Positions 44,132 through 53,785 of a stretch of 64,000 bases of DNA are shown here, piece by piece. Both the position numbers and the translations under genes were made by a program. Source of the stretch: Steroidobacteraceae bacterium (GTDB lineage: Bacteria > Pseudomonadota > Gammaproteobacteria > Steroidobacterales > Steroidobacteraceae); contig DATKOR010000045.1 of NCBI GenBank assembly GCA_035524495.1, positions 2,862-66,861 on the forward strand, given 5' to 3'. Numbering within the stretch: position 1 is the first letter of the stretch; each line of letters starts with the position of its first letter. The notes under the pieces are model-generated. The model saw nothing but the letters and a program-made list of their open reading frames with translations, was not told the DNA's origin and searched no databases.

Positions 44132-46216
44132 TTAGGCCTCGTGCGTCGCGGTCGCGTGCGGGTGGCCGGCGAACGGTCGGCCGGTCGCCGTCGAGCGCAG
44201 CACGGCCTCGGCCAGATAGTCGACCGAGCCACCCACTTGTGCACGCTTTTCGGTCAGCGTGGTCTCGACGTGCGGATCGATCGCGCCGGCGCGCAGCGCC
44301 GCGGCCAGCGCGAGCTCGCGCGACAGCCGTCGCGCGTGCTCGATCGCGGGCTCGGCGTCGGCGTAGTCGCGGGTGCCGGCCGGGTCGTGCACCCGGAACA
44401 CCTTGAACGTCGGCTGGTTCACCAGCACCTCGACCGTCTGCGACACGACGCCCGCCACGGCGCCGACGGCGTTGCAGACCGCCGCGTGCTCCGGAATCGA
44501 CAGAGGCGCGCCGAGGCGCCGCGCGACCTCCGGGTAGTAGGCGCCGACCGGCGCACCGATCGCGACGAGCGGCGTCGCGAGCGCGAGCGAAGCGCGCAGC
44601 AGGGCGGAGAACGGCCGGCCGCCGACGGCGTCGGCGACGAGGCGGTCGCCGAGCAGCCCCCAGTGGCCGCCGCGCGCCTCGAGCCCCGGATCGTGGGCGA
44701 GCGCAGTCGCGAGCACGATGCGGCCGGTGTCGGCGATCACGTGCTCGAGCGTGCGCTCGCAGATCGCCTGCGCGCTCGCCGCGGACTTCGCGCCGCGCGC
44801 ATTGCGCTCCTCGACCGCGAGCAGCCGGGCGCCGAGTTCCGCGGCCTCGACGCTCCAGCCGTGCTGGCGGCCGAGCACGTGCATCGCATCGCTCGGCGTG
44901 AACGAGGCGAGCGTGGCGAGCCCGGCGTCGGCGAGGCGGCGCAGCGCCTGCAGCCCGGCGGCGTTGCGCACCAGCACCGAGGCGCGCCGCGGCTCGGTGC
45001 CGAGCGCCTCGTATACGCGCCGCTCGAGGCTCGTCAGGTGCGCCGGCGCCTCGCGGCCCGGCGTCCGCAGCGCGAACTGCGTCGGGAAGTCCGGCAGCCG
45101 CTCGAGCGTCGCCAGCGCGCGCAGGTCCGCGAGCAGCTCGGGGACCTGGTGCGCGAGCAGGCTGAGCGGCATCGCCTTGCGCGGCCCGACACGCAGCACG
45201 AGGTCGCGGTCGAAGTGCACCTCGCTGTCGCCGCCGAGGCCGATCGTGCGCATGTCGACGGCCTCGACCATCGTCCGCCAGCCGCCGACCAGCGCGCCCT
45301 CGGCGTTGATGACCGGCCGCCCGCCGGTGACGACCGCGACGTCGGTCGTCGTTCCGCCCATGTCGGACACGATGAAGTCGCTGAGGCCGGTCAGGAAACC
45401 CGCGCCGACGACGCTGGCCGCCGGCCCCGACAGGATCGTCTCCACCGGGTACTCGAGTGCGACGTCCGAGCGCATCAGCGAGCCGTCGCCCTTGACGATC
45501 ATCAGCGGCGCATCGACCGACTCGGCCTCGAGCACGCGCGACAGCGCCTCGATCAGATGGCGGATCTGCGGTGTCAGGCGCGCATTAAGCGCCGCCGTCA
45601 GCGCGCGCCGCGGCGCATCGAGCTTGGAGCTGAGCTCGTGGGCGCAGGTGACGGGCTTCCTCGACAGCGCGCGGATCAGTTGCCGCGCGCGCAGCTCGTG
45701 GGCGGGGTTGCGCACCGAGAAGCGCGCCGCCACCGCGAAGCCCTCGACGCGCTCGCCGTGCTCGCGTACCGCGGCCTCGACGGCCACCTCATCGAGCGGC
45801 TCGAGCTCATCGCCGGTCGCGTCGTGGCCCCCCGGCACCTGAACGACGAAGCCGGCACCTTCGCGCCGCAGTCCCGAGCGCTCGAGCATCGGCTCGTCAA
45901 ATCCGATCAGCAGCGAGCACACGGGGCTGAAGCGGTTCTCGACGACCGCGTTGGTGGCGAGCGTCGTCGACACCGACACGAGCGTCACGTCCTCGCGGCG
46001 CGCGCCGCCCGGCAGCGCCGCGAGCACCGCGCGGATCGCACCGCCGATGCCGAGCGACAGGTCCCAGTGCGTCGTCAGCGACTTGGCGCTCGCGACGACG
46101 CGCCGGCCCCCGTCGAGCAGCACCGCGTCGGTGAAGGTGCCGCCCGTGTCGAGTCCGAGCCAGAGACCGTCGCCGCGGACCCGCTCGCCGCGGGACGCTG
46201 CGCCTTGCTGATCCAT
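44132..46216 (-). CDS. Hydantoinase/oxoprolinase A-family (HyuA-like) ATP-dependent hydrolase
   Basis: 694 aa. GLDTGGTFTDAV N-terminus and the DMGGTTTDV block are typical of hydantoinase_A. No HyuB partner is in the window. Confidence 0.85.
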   Translation of the reverse strand: MDQQGAASRGERVRGDGLWLGLDTGGTFTDAVLLDGGRRVVASAKSLTTHWDLSLGIGGAIRAVLAALPGGARREDVTLVSVSTTLATNAVVENRFSPVCSLLIGFDEPMLERSGLRREGAGFVVQVPGGHDATGDELEPLDEVAVEAAVREHGERVEGFAVAARFSVRNPAHELRARQLIRALSRKPVTCAHELSSKLDAPRRALTAALNARLTPQIRHLIEALSRVLEAESVDAPLMIVKGDGSLMRSDVALEYPVETILSGPAASVVGAGFLTGLSDFIVSDMGGTTTDVAVVTGGRPVINAEGALVGGWRTMVEAVDMRTIGLGGDSEVHFDRDLVLRVGPRKAMPLSLLAHQVPELLADLRALATLERLPDFPTQFALRTPGREAPAHLTSLERRVYEALGTEPRRASVLVRNAAGLQALRRLADAGLATLASFTPSDAMHVLGRQHGWSVEAAELGARLLAVEERNARGAKSAASAQAICERTLEHVIADTGRIVLATALAHDPGLEARGGHWGLLGDRLVADAVGGRPFSALLRASLALATPLVAIGAPVGAYYPEVARRLGAPLSIPEHAAVCNAVGAVAGVVSQTVEVLVNQPTFKVFRVHDPAGTRDYADAEPAIEHARRLSRELALAAALRAGAIDPHVETTLTEKRAQVGGSVDYLAEAVLRSTATGRPFAGHPHATATHEA

Positions 46217-46343
46217 GATGCCTGCCGGCCCCGCACGGGGCTAAAGGGTCGGTCGGGCGCGCGCCGGGCGGCCGGCCACGACCGGCGGCGAGGTTACCAC
46301 AGGGATCTGGCGGTGCCGCGGCCCGCGCCGGCCGGCGCGACCG

Positions 46344-48848
46344 TCAGCGGCGGCGCTTCGGAGCGGCGACGGCGGTCGCCGCCGCCGCGCGCTCGGGATC
46401 CTGCGCCCGCTCGAACGGCGAGTGGTCGCCGACCGGGCACCGGTCGACGGCGCGGGCGCTGATCGTGCCCTGGGCGGCCGGTCGCGCGGTCGCGGCGCGC
46501 TCGACGGGGGCGGTGCGGCCACGCACCCAGGCATCGAACTCCGTGGCCGGCATCGGCTTCGCGACGAAGTAGCCCTGGACGAGGTCGCAGCCGAGGCGCG
46601 CCAGCGTGTCCCAGCTTAACGGGACCTCGACGCCCTCGGCGACCACCTTGAGCCCGAGCGCGTGGCCGAGGTTGATCGTCGAGCGCACGATCACGTCGTC
46701 CGATCCGCGCGCCTCGAGCTCCTGCACGAACGACCGGTCGATCTTGATCTCGTTGACGGGCAGGCGCCGCAGGTGCGCGAGCGAGGAGTAGCCGGTGCCG
46801 AAGTCGTCGATCGAGAAGCGCACGCCGAGCACACGCAGCTGCTCCATCATCCGCAGCGTGACCGCGAGGTCCTTCATCGCGCCGCTCTCGGTGACCTCGA
46901 GGACGATGCGGCCCGCGTCGGCGCCGGTCTGCGCGAGCTGCACCGCGAGCGCGTCAGCGAATCCGGCGTCGGCGAGATCGGCCGGCGAGACGTTGATCGC
47001 GACGTCGAGATTGAGCCCGTCGGCCTGCCAGCGCCGCTGCTGTCGGAGCGCCGTGCCGATGACCCAGCCGGTCAGCGCGCGGATGAGCCCGGTGCGTTCG
47101 GCGTGCGGGATGAAATCATTCGGCGGGATGAAGCCCTTCTGCGGATGGCGCCAGCGGATCAGCGCCTCGCAGCCGACGACGTGCCCGCTCGGCAGGGCGA
47201 CCTTCGGCTGGTAGTAGAGCTCAAGCTCGTCGGCCTCGATCGCGCGTCGCAGGTCACCCAGCACCGCGAGGCGGTGACGGTGCGCCTCGTCGTCGCCGCG
47301 CACGAAGCTGCCGACGGCCGCCCCCGACTCCTTGGCCCGGTAGAGGCCGAGGTCGGCACGCTGCAGGAGCTCCGCCGCCCGGGCGCCGTCGTCGGGGAAC
47401 ACCGCGACGCCGATGCGCGTCTCGAACTGCAGCGAGACGCTCGAGTACTCGAACGGCCGGCGCAGCAGCTCGGCCAGCTCGCCGGCGCGGCGCACCGCCT
47501 GCAGCCGCTCGGTGTTCTCGAGCACGACGACGAACTGGTCGGTGCCGATGCGCGCGACGCGGTTCTCGCGCGCCTCGCCCTCCGACAGGCGGCGGCCGAG
47601 CTCGCGCAGCACTTCGTCGCCGGCGGCGTGGCCGAGCGAGCCGACGATGCTCTTGAACTGCTGCAGCTCGACGATGCAGACCGTCAGCGCGCGCCCGGCG
47701 CGACGCATGGCGACGAGCGCCTCCTCCAGGAGTTCCGTCAGTCGTGCGCGGTTCGGAAGGCCGGTGACCGCGTCGTGGCGCGCCTGGTGCAGGATGCGAA
47801 GCTCGCGGTCGGCGACCGCGGCGCGCATCGCATTGAAGGCCCCGGCGAGGCGCGTCATCTCGATCGTGCCGGTTGCGGCGACCGGTGCGCTGTGGTCACC
47901 CGCCTCGAGCCGCTCGGCGGCGCGCGTCAGCTCGTCGACCGGGCGCGTGGCGCTGCGCGCGAGCCAGGCGGCGAGAGCGAGCGCAGCGGCGAGCACCGCG
48001 GCGCCGATGCCGAGGATCGAGCCGCGCAGCTGCTGGTAGGGGCGCAGCGCCCCGGACAGCGAACGCTGCAGCACGAGCGTCAGCGGACCGTTGGCCGACC
48101 GGATCGGGTTCGTCAGCGTCAGCCACTCGTCCGACTCACTGCCGTCCGTGAATGGCTCCGACTCCGCATGCGCGGCGGCCGCGAGCAGCGCCGCGCGCGC
48201 GCTCGCGGGTCGCGAGCTCGCGACGAACGCCGCGGCGCCCTCGGCGGTCGTGACGAACGACACCTCGACTCCGAGGAGGCGCGCCATGTCGCGCGCGACC
48301 CGATCGTCGAGCGCGAAGCCGGTCGCGGTCCACGCGATCGGATCCGGCGCCAGCACCGGGGAGATCACGAGCTGGTAGGGGCGACCGTCGATCAGCCGGT
48401 AGAGGCGCACGAGCTGCGCGTCGCGGTCGGTGGCGACAAGGTCCCTGAGGTCCGCCCGGGTGCGCGCCGACAGCGGCGCGAGGGTGCTCGAGGTCACGCC
48501 GCCGTCCGGGTCGAGCACGATCACGAGGTCGGCGCCGATGCGGCTGCGCAGGTTGTTGATCGCCGACATCAGCGTCGGCGTGTCGCCGGAAGCGACCGCT
48601 TCTTTGAATCCGAAGTCGGCGGCCAAGACCTCGGCGGCGCTGGTCAGCTGATTGCCCCGAAAGCGCAACACCTCGCGGCCGGTGTCGGCGGCGGAGTGCA
48701 GCTGCTCGGTCGCCTCCCTGCCGACCTCGGCACGCGCCTTGAGCACGACCGCGACCACGGTTGCGCTCAGTGCCACGGTGACGAGCCCCAGAACTAACGC
48801 TAGGATGCGGCTGCGGAAGCTGCGCAGGATCATTCGAGGCGCATGCAT
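46344..48848 (-). CDS. Membrane sensor with periplasmic domain, HAMP, degenerate GGDEF (GTDQF) and intact EAL domain
   Basis: 834 aa with two TM helices flanking an approximately 240-aa periplasmic domain. GGDEF position reads GTDQF (nt 47532-47546). EAL motifs are intact: EALIRW, DDFGTGYSSL, IKIDRSF, EGVE. Confidence 0.88.
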   Translation of the reverse strand: MHAPRMILRSFRSRILALVLGLVTVALSATVVAVVLKARAEVGREATEQLHSAADTGREVLRFRGNQLTSAAEVLAADFGFKEAVASGDTPTLMSAINNLRSRIGADLVIVLDPDGGVTSSTLAPLSARTRADLRDLVATDRDAQLVRLYRLIDGRPYQLVISPVLAPDPIAWTATGFALDDRVARDMARLLGVEVSFVTTAEGAAAFVASSRPASARAALLAAAAHAESEPFTDGSESDEWLTLTNPIRSANGPLTLVLQRSLSGALRPYQQLRGSILGIGAAVLAAALALAAWLARSATRPVDELTRAAERLEAGDHSAPVAATGTIEMTRLAGAFNAMRAAVADRELRILHQARHDAVTGLPNRARLTELLEEALVAMRRAGRALTVCIVELQQFKSIVGSLGHAAGDEVLRELGRRLSEGEARENRVARIGTDQFVVVLENTERLQAVRRAGELAELLRRPFEYSSVSLQFETRIGVAVFPDDGARAAELLQRADLGLYRAKESGAAVGSFVRGDDEAHRHRLAVLGDLRRAIEADELELYYQPKVALPSGHVVGCEALIRWRHPQKGFIPPNDFIPHAERTGLIRALTGWVIGTALRQQRRWQADGLNLDVAINVSPADLADAGFADALAVQLAQTGADAGRIVLEVTESGAMKDLAVTLRMMEQLRVLGVRFSIDDFGTGYSSLAHLRRLPVNEIKIDRSFVQELEARGSDDVIVRSTINLGHALGLKVVAEGVEVPLSWDTLARLGCDLVQGYFVAKPMPATEFDAWVRGRTAPVERAATARPAAQGTISARAVDRCPVGDHSPFERAQDPERAAAATAVAAPKRRR

Positions 48849-49584
48849 GTCCCATCATAGGTCTGGTGCTCGCGGCGCCTCCGGTTGGCGGGGGGGATCT
48901 GCGACCCGCTTCGCGCGGCAATTCCTTCGATCTGCAAAGTACGTCACGTTCTGCCTCGCGCTCGTCGGCGCAATCCGGCCGTGCGCGGCCGCGGAGCTCG
49001 CCGTCAGCGTCGTCGAGGCGTCCGGCCGGGCGCTCGGCGACGTCGTCGTCACGATCGCACCCGCGTCGGGGGCTGCGGTGCTGCCAACGTCCGGGCCGCG
49101 CAGCGCGGTCATGGACCAGCGCCACCGCGCGTTCGTGCCGCGCGTGCTCGCGATCGCGACCGGCGCCAGCGTCGAGTTCCCCAACAACGACGATGTCAAC
49201 CACCAGGTCTACTCGTTCTCGCCCGCCAAGCGCTTCCAGCTGCCGCTCTACAAGGGTGCGCACCACCCGCCCGTCAGCTTCGATCAGCAGGGCCTCGTCG
49301 TCCTCGGCTGCAACATCCACGACGAGATGGTCGGCTACATCTACGTCACCGACGCGCCCTGGTTCGGTACCACCGGGCCCGACGGCACGCTCAGGATCAC
49401 GGCTCCGCCGGCTGGCGACTACCGCATCAGCATCTGGAGCCCGCTGATCGCCGACCCGCCGAGCGCACTCACGCGCATCGTGCATGTCGATGCGGCCGAG
49501 GGCGCGACGAGCCGCGTGCAGCTGACGCGCGCGCTGCGCGCGCGCCCGGAGCCGCGGCCGCGGCGCGGCGACTGGGAGTACTGA
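48847..49584 (+). CDS. Periplasmic cupredoxin-like protein (family often annotated methylamine utilization protein)
   Basis: About 245 aa. Carboxypeptidase-regulatory-like N-terminal strand (LAVSVVEASGRALGDVVVTI). FPNNDDVNHQVYSFS and GCNIHDEMVGYIYV motifs. The start is uncertain: the only in-frame ATG before the signal peptide overlaps the divergent gene's ATG. Confidence 0.7.
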   Translation: MSHHRSGARGASGWRGGSATRFARQFLRSAKYVTFCLALVGAIRPCAAAELAVSVVEASGRALGDVVVTIAPASGAAVLPTSGPRSAVMDQRHRAFVPRVLAIATGASVEFPNNDDVNHQVYSFSPAKRFQLPLYKGAHHPPVSFDQQGLVVLGCNIHDEMVGYIYVTDAPWFGTTGPDGTLRITAPPAGDYRISIWSPLIADPPSALTRIVHVDAAEGATSRVQLTRALRARPEPRPRRGDWEY

Positions 49585-50801
49585 TGGGGCGCCGCACGTG
49601 CCTGGCGCTGTCGCTGCTGTGCGTGGCGGCGGCCGGTGCGCGCGCCGACGAGCGCGTGTCCGCGGTCGGCGTGATCGATCTGCGCCTCGTGCATTCGGAC
49701 GGCGCGACCTCGTATCTGGAGGGTGGGCCGGGGCTGCTGCGATTCGACTCGAGCGACGACGGACTGCACCTCGGCCGCGCGTTCGTCGCGCTCAAGGCGC
49801 GCGTGACCGACATCGCGAGCGTGCACGCGGTCATCGACACCTACGGCGATCACGACCGCAATCCGGTCGACCTGAGCGAGCTGTGGCTCGAGCTCAGGCC
49901 CTACCCGGTAAGCGCGCTGCGCTGGCGCGCCCGCATCGGCGCGTTCTACATGCCGGTGTCGCTCGAAAACCGCGGGCCCGGCTGGAGCAGCGTCTATGCG
50001 TTGACGCCCTCGGCGATCAACACGTGGTTCGGCGAGGAGTTTCGCACCATCGGCGCCGAGGTCGAAGCCCGCTGGCTCGGCGCGCCGAGCGGCTACCTCG
50101 GCGACCTCGCGCTGGTCGCGGCCGCCTACGGCTGGAACGATCCGGCGGGCGTGCTGATCGCCGACCGCGGCTTCGCGCTCAGCGACCGCCCGTCGACGCT
50201 GTTCGGAGGCCTCGGACGGCCGCCGATGACGTTCTATCACGAGATTGACCGCCGTCCCGGCTACTACGCCGGCCTCAGCTGGCGGGCGTACGACCGGCTC
50301 GAGCTGCGCGCGCTGCGCTACGACAATCGCGCCGATCCGGGCGCCTCGACCTTGTCCGGGAACTACGCGTGGCTGACGCGCTTCTCGACCGCCGGGGTGC
50401 GCTTCGAGCCGACCGCGCGCTGGACGTTCATCACCCAGTACGTCGACGGCAGCACGTGGATCGGGCCCGACTCGGCCGGCGACTTCCAGTTCCGGATGAC
50501 CTATCACTCGGCGTTCGCGCTGACGAGCTTCGAGCGCGGACCGGACCGCCTGACTGCCCGTTACGACGGATTCGGGACGCACCAGTCGCAGGGTTTTTAC
50601 GGGCCGCCGCCCGCCGACCAGTCCGGTCACGCCTGGACGCTCGCGTGGACGCACGAACTCGGCGATGACTGGCAGCTCGCCGCCGAGTGGCTGCGCGTGA
50701 CGAGCAACTTCCCGCCGCGCCTCGAGTACGGCGGGCCGCCGGGGCTCGTCGAGTCGCAGTACCAGATCGCGATCCGCTATCGCTTCCGCTTCGGCTTCTG
50801 A
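49584..50801 (+). CDS. Outer-membrane beta-barrel protein of unknown function
   Basis: Trimmed to MGRRTCLALSLLCVAAAGARA (ATGA overlap with the upstream stop), 405 aa. Ends …IAIRYRFRFGF. Confidence 0.75.
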   Translation: MGRRTCLALSLLCVAAAGARADERVSAVGVIDLRLVHSDGATSYLEGGPGLLRFDSSDDGLHLGRAFVALKARVTDIASVHAVIDTYGDHDRNPVDLSELWLELRPYPVSALRWRARIGAFYMPVSLENRGPGWSSVYALTPSAINTWFGEEFRTIGAEVEARWLGAPSGYLGDLALVAAAYGWNDPAGVLIADRGFALSDRPSTLFGGLGRPPMTFYHEIDRRPGYYAGLSWRAYDRLELRALRYDNRADPGASTLSGNYAWLTRFSTAGVRFEPTARWTFITQYVDGSTWIGPDSAGDFQFRMTYHSAFALTSFERGPDRLTARYDGFGTHQSQGFYGPPPADQSGHAWTLAWTHELGDDWQLAAEWLRVTSNFPPRLEYGGPPGLVESQYQIAIRYRFRFGF

Positions 50802-50805
50802 GCGC

Positions 50806-52353
50806 TCAGCGGGCGTACAGGCGCGCGTAGGTCGCCCGCAGCGTGGCCTTCTGCACCTTGCCCATCGTGTTGCGCGGCAGTTCGCTGACGAACACGATGC
50901 GCCGCGGCACCTTGTAGCGCGCAAGCCGCGTGCCGAGCGCCGCGAGGGCCTCGGCCTCGGCGAGCGCGGCGCCGGGCCGCAGCGCGACGATCGCGGTGAC
51001 GACCTCGCCGAGATCCGCATGCGGCAGGCCGATGACCGCGCTCTCGATCACCCCCGGCAGGGCATCGAGCTCGCTCTCGACTTCCTTCGGGTATACGTTG
51101 TAGCCGCCGCTGATCACGAGATCCTTGGCGCGGCCGACGATCTGCACGTAGCCGGCGGCGTCGATGGCGCCGAGATCGCCGGTGACGAAGAAGCCGTCGC
51201 GCGTGAAGGAGGCCGCGGTCTTCTCGGGGTCGTTCCAGTAACCGCGGAAGACGTTCGGGCCCCGCACTTCGAGCATGCCGATCGCCCCGGGCCGCGAGGC
51301 GACGGCACCGGTCGCCGGGTCGGTGACGCGGATCGCGACGCCGGGCAACGCGGGCCCGACCGAGCCGGGGCGGCGCTCGCGATCGTAGGGGTTCGAGGCG
51401 TTGACCAGCGTCTCGGTCATGCCGTAGCGCTCGAGAATCTTGTGGCCGGTTCGCGCCTCGAAATCGCGATGCGTGTCCGGCAGGAGCGGCGCGGATCCCG
51501 ACACGAACAGGCGCATGCCCGCGGTCGCGCGCCGGTCGAGGCCCGCCTCCTCGAGCAGGCGCGTGTAGTAGGTCGGGACGCCCATCAGTACCGAGGCCGA
51601 CGGCAGCAGCCGCAGCACCTCGGCTGCGTCGAACTTCGGCACCAGCAGCAGGCTCGCGCCGGCGGCGAGCACGGTGTTGATCGAGATGAAGAGCCCGTGC
51701 ACGTGAAAGAGCGGCAACGCGTGCAGCAGCACGTCGTCGGCGCTGAACCGCCAGGCGGCCGCGAGCGCGGCACCGTTGGAGGCGAGGTTGCCACGCGTCA
51801 GCATCGCGCCCTTGGAACGGCCGGTCGTTCCGGACGTGTAGAGAAGCGCGGCGAGCGCATCGGCCGGGAGCCGCTCACGTTCCGCGGACGGCGCGCGCAT
51901 CGCGCGCGCGCGCTCAAGCAGCGAGCCCGTGCCGTCGACGCCGAGCGTCTCGACGCACGGACAGCCGGCGTCGCGCGCGAGCGGCCCGAGGCGCGCTCGC
52001 TCGCTCGGCCGGACGACCGCGATTCGCGGCCGCGCATCGGCGAGGAAGTACTCGAGCTCGGCCGGCGTGTAGGCCGTATTGAGCGGCAACAGCACGGCTC
52101 CGAGGCGCAGGCACGCCACGTACAGCACGACCGCGTCCGGGGACTTGTCGACCTGCAGCGCGACGCGGTCGGCGGGAGCGACCCCCATGTCGGCAAGCAC
52201 GGCGGCGAGGAGCGCGCTCTCGCGGTCCAGTTCGCGATAGCTGAGGCGACGGCCACCCGGGGTCGTCAGAAAGGGCCGGTCGGCATCGCGCGTGAGCGCG
52301 GCGTCGAGCCAGGCGCTTGGGTCGGTCTCGGAGGCGGATTCGGGTGTGGCCAT
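50806..52353 (-). CDS. matB: Malonyl-CoA synthetase-like AMP-forming acyl-CoA ligase
   Basis: Trimmed to MATPESASE…, 515 aa. AMP-binding motifs (LYTSGTTGRSKG; GDLG…; GRAKD). The LPLNTAYTPAELEYFLADARP block is characteristic of MatB-type enzymes. Confidence 0.8.
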   Translation of the reverse strand: MATPESASETDPSAWLDAALTRDADRPFLTTPGGRRLSYRELDRESALLAAVLADMGVAPADRVALQVDKSPDAVVLYVACLRLGAVLLPLNTAYTPAELEYFLADARPRIAVVRPSERARLGPLARDAGCPCVETLGVDGTGSLLERARAMRAPSAERERLPADALAALLYTSGTTGRSKGAMLTRGNLASNGAALAAAWRFSADDVLLHALPLFHVHGLFISINTVLAAGASLLLVPKFDAAEVLRLLPSASVLMGVPTYYTRLLEEAGLDRRATAGMRLFVSGSAPLLPDTHRDFEARTGHKILERYGMTETLVNASNPYDRERRPGSVGPALPGVAIRVTDPATGAVASRPGAIGMLEVRGPNVFRGYWNDPEKTAASFTRDGFFVTGDLGAIDAAGYVQIVGRAKDLVISGGYNVYPKEVESELDALPGVIESAVIGLPHADLGEVVTAIVALRPGAALAEAEALAALGTRLARYKVPRRIVFVSELPRNTMGKVQKATLRATYARLYAR

Positions 52354-52769
52354 CGGCAGGGTTGCTCGGCAGCGGGGCGAACGTGTCGTCAGTGCGGCGC
52401 ACCCGCCTCGCACAGCGTAACCGAAGCAATCGACTCGGGCCGCAGCGACTGGGGAGCGCTCGCACGCGGCCGCGGTGGCGGAACTCTGGTGTGACGCGCA
52501 GATAACGCGGCCAAATCCCGTTGCGTTACCAGCACTTACGGGCTCGCGATGATTGTCGCCGCCGCCGGGAAGATCCGGCGATGTCTGGGTCTTTGGGCGC
52601 GCTTCGTCGAGCGCACCGACGACGTGTGCCGGCTCGGAGTGACCCCGAACGCTGCGAACCGACGCGTGAAACGCGGGCTCGTCCCTGTGCGTTGACTGTG
52701 CAGCAGATGCGATGCTCTCAAGGACGTCATTGCGACAGAGCGCAGGCGGCGCTTGGCGGACGTGACGGA

Positions 52770-53438
52770 ATGAGAATGGCGTCGTTGTCGAGTCGCGGCT
52801 GTCTGCTGCTGGCGCTGGGCGCCGTCGTCCGCGCGACGGGCGTCGGCGCCGGCATCGAGTGGTGGGGCATTAGGTACGCGCGCAGCGTCATCGCCGGCTT
52901 CCAGCACGCCGACATGGCGCTGGCCGAAGTGGTCGGCAATCTGCACGATAATGTCCTGCAACTGCGCCGCTACAAGAAGGATCTGTTCATCAACGTCGGC
53001 TCCGCGCAAGAACGCGACAGCTATCGCGCGCAATGGGACGAGGTATTCCTGGTGAAGCGCTACGACCTCATGCGCATCCGGGCGCCGGCACGGCAGTCCG
53101 CGAGCGCCGATCCGCAGCAGTTCGTCGATTCGGTGGCGGTCTTTCGCGCGGCATTCATGCGCACCTACGATCAGATTCGAGCCGGAAGCGTCGTCACCGC
53201 GCAGCAGGCGAACGAGCGGATGGGCGAGGCGAAGGAAGCCGTGCATCAGGCGGAGCAGCAACTCGTCGAACTGGAGCGGCAGACGCAGTTGCGCATGGCA
53301 GGGCTCGCCGATCCGGTGACCACGGCGGGCTGGACCGGATTGATCGCGAATCTGGCATTGCTGGTGATGATCGATGTCCCGCTCGCATGGACGGCGTGGC
53401 AGCGTCCGGCGGTCGCGTCGCCGCTCAGCAGCCGTTGA
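52770..53438 (+). CDS. Stand-alone four-helix-bundle (MCP/Tar ligand-binding-like) membrane protein
   Basis: About 222 aa from MRMASLSSRGCLLLALGAVV…. N-terminal TM, helical segment (LRRYKKDLFINVGS…), and a second TM (WTGLIANLALLVMIDVPLAW). No HAMP or signalling domain follows. Lower third-position GC than the neighbours. Confidence 0.55.
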   Translation: MRMASLSSRGCLLLALGAVVRATGVGAGIEWWGIRYARSVIAGFQHADMALAEVVGNLHDNVLQLRRYKKDLFINVGSAQERDSYRAQWDEVFLVKRYDLMRIRAPARQSASADPQQFVDSVAVFRAAFMRTYDQIRAGSVVTAQQANERMGEAKEAVHQAEQQLVELERQTQLRMAGLADPVTTAGWTGLIANLALLVMIDVPLAWTAWQRPAVASPLSSR

Positions 53439-53785
53439 GGGCAGCGGGCCGCGGGACGAACTGAGCCGCTTGATCGCCGGCGAGACGCGTGAACTGGCGG
53501 ACCAGGATACGAGGCTTCGACGCCCTGATGCGTGGGCGGATATCGACCCGAAAGGCCGGATGCGAACTAGCCGCTTGCGCCGGCTGCGCAGCCGCGTTCC
53601 AATCTCAAGGAGACAGACGGCGCTTATACCCCACTTGCCGACAGGATGAGCGTGTCCTGCTCCGCCCAATCAAGCGACCAGTGTGCACCCGAAACCGCCG
53701 CCGGACGGCACCTGCGGGAGCGGGTCACGGCAGCCCGCGCAGCGGCCCGATCGCGCGCGGTGAGCGGGGCACGCGCGAGCGAACG

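Noticed and set aside
42599-46462. 1287-aa plus-strand ORF, the longest in the track.
   Set aside because: It runs antisense to three well-supported minus-strand genes: the BVMO, the hydantoinase-A gene and the end of the GGDEF-EAL gene. Its translation is dominated by Arg/Ala/Gly/Asp/Pro with no recognisable motifs. This is a typical stop-free shadow frame of high-GC DNA.
52536-53669. 377-aa minus-strand ORF inside the tRNA-adjacent islet. I considered it as a possible integrase or mobile-element gene.
   Set aside because: The translation is Arg/Ser/Ala-rich with no integrase (R…HxxR…Y) or transposase motifs. It is antisense to the plus-strand ORF, which has clear TM and helical periodicity.
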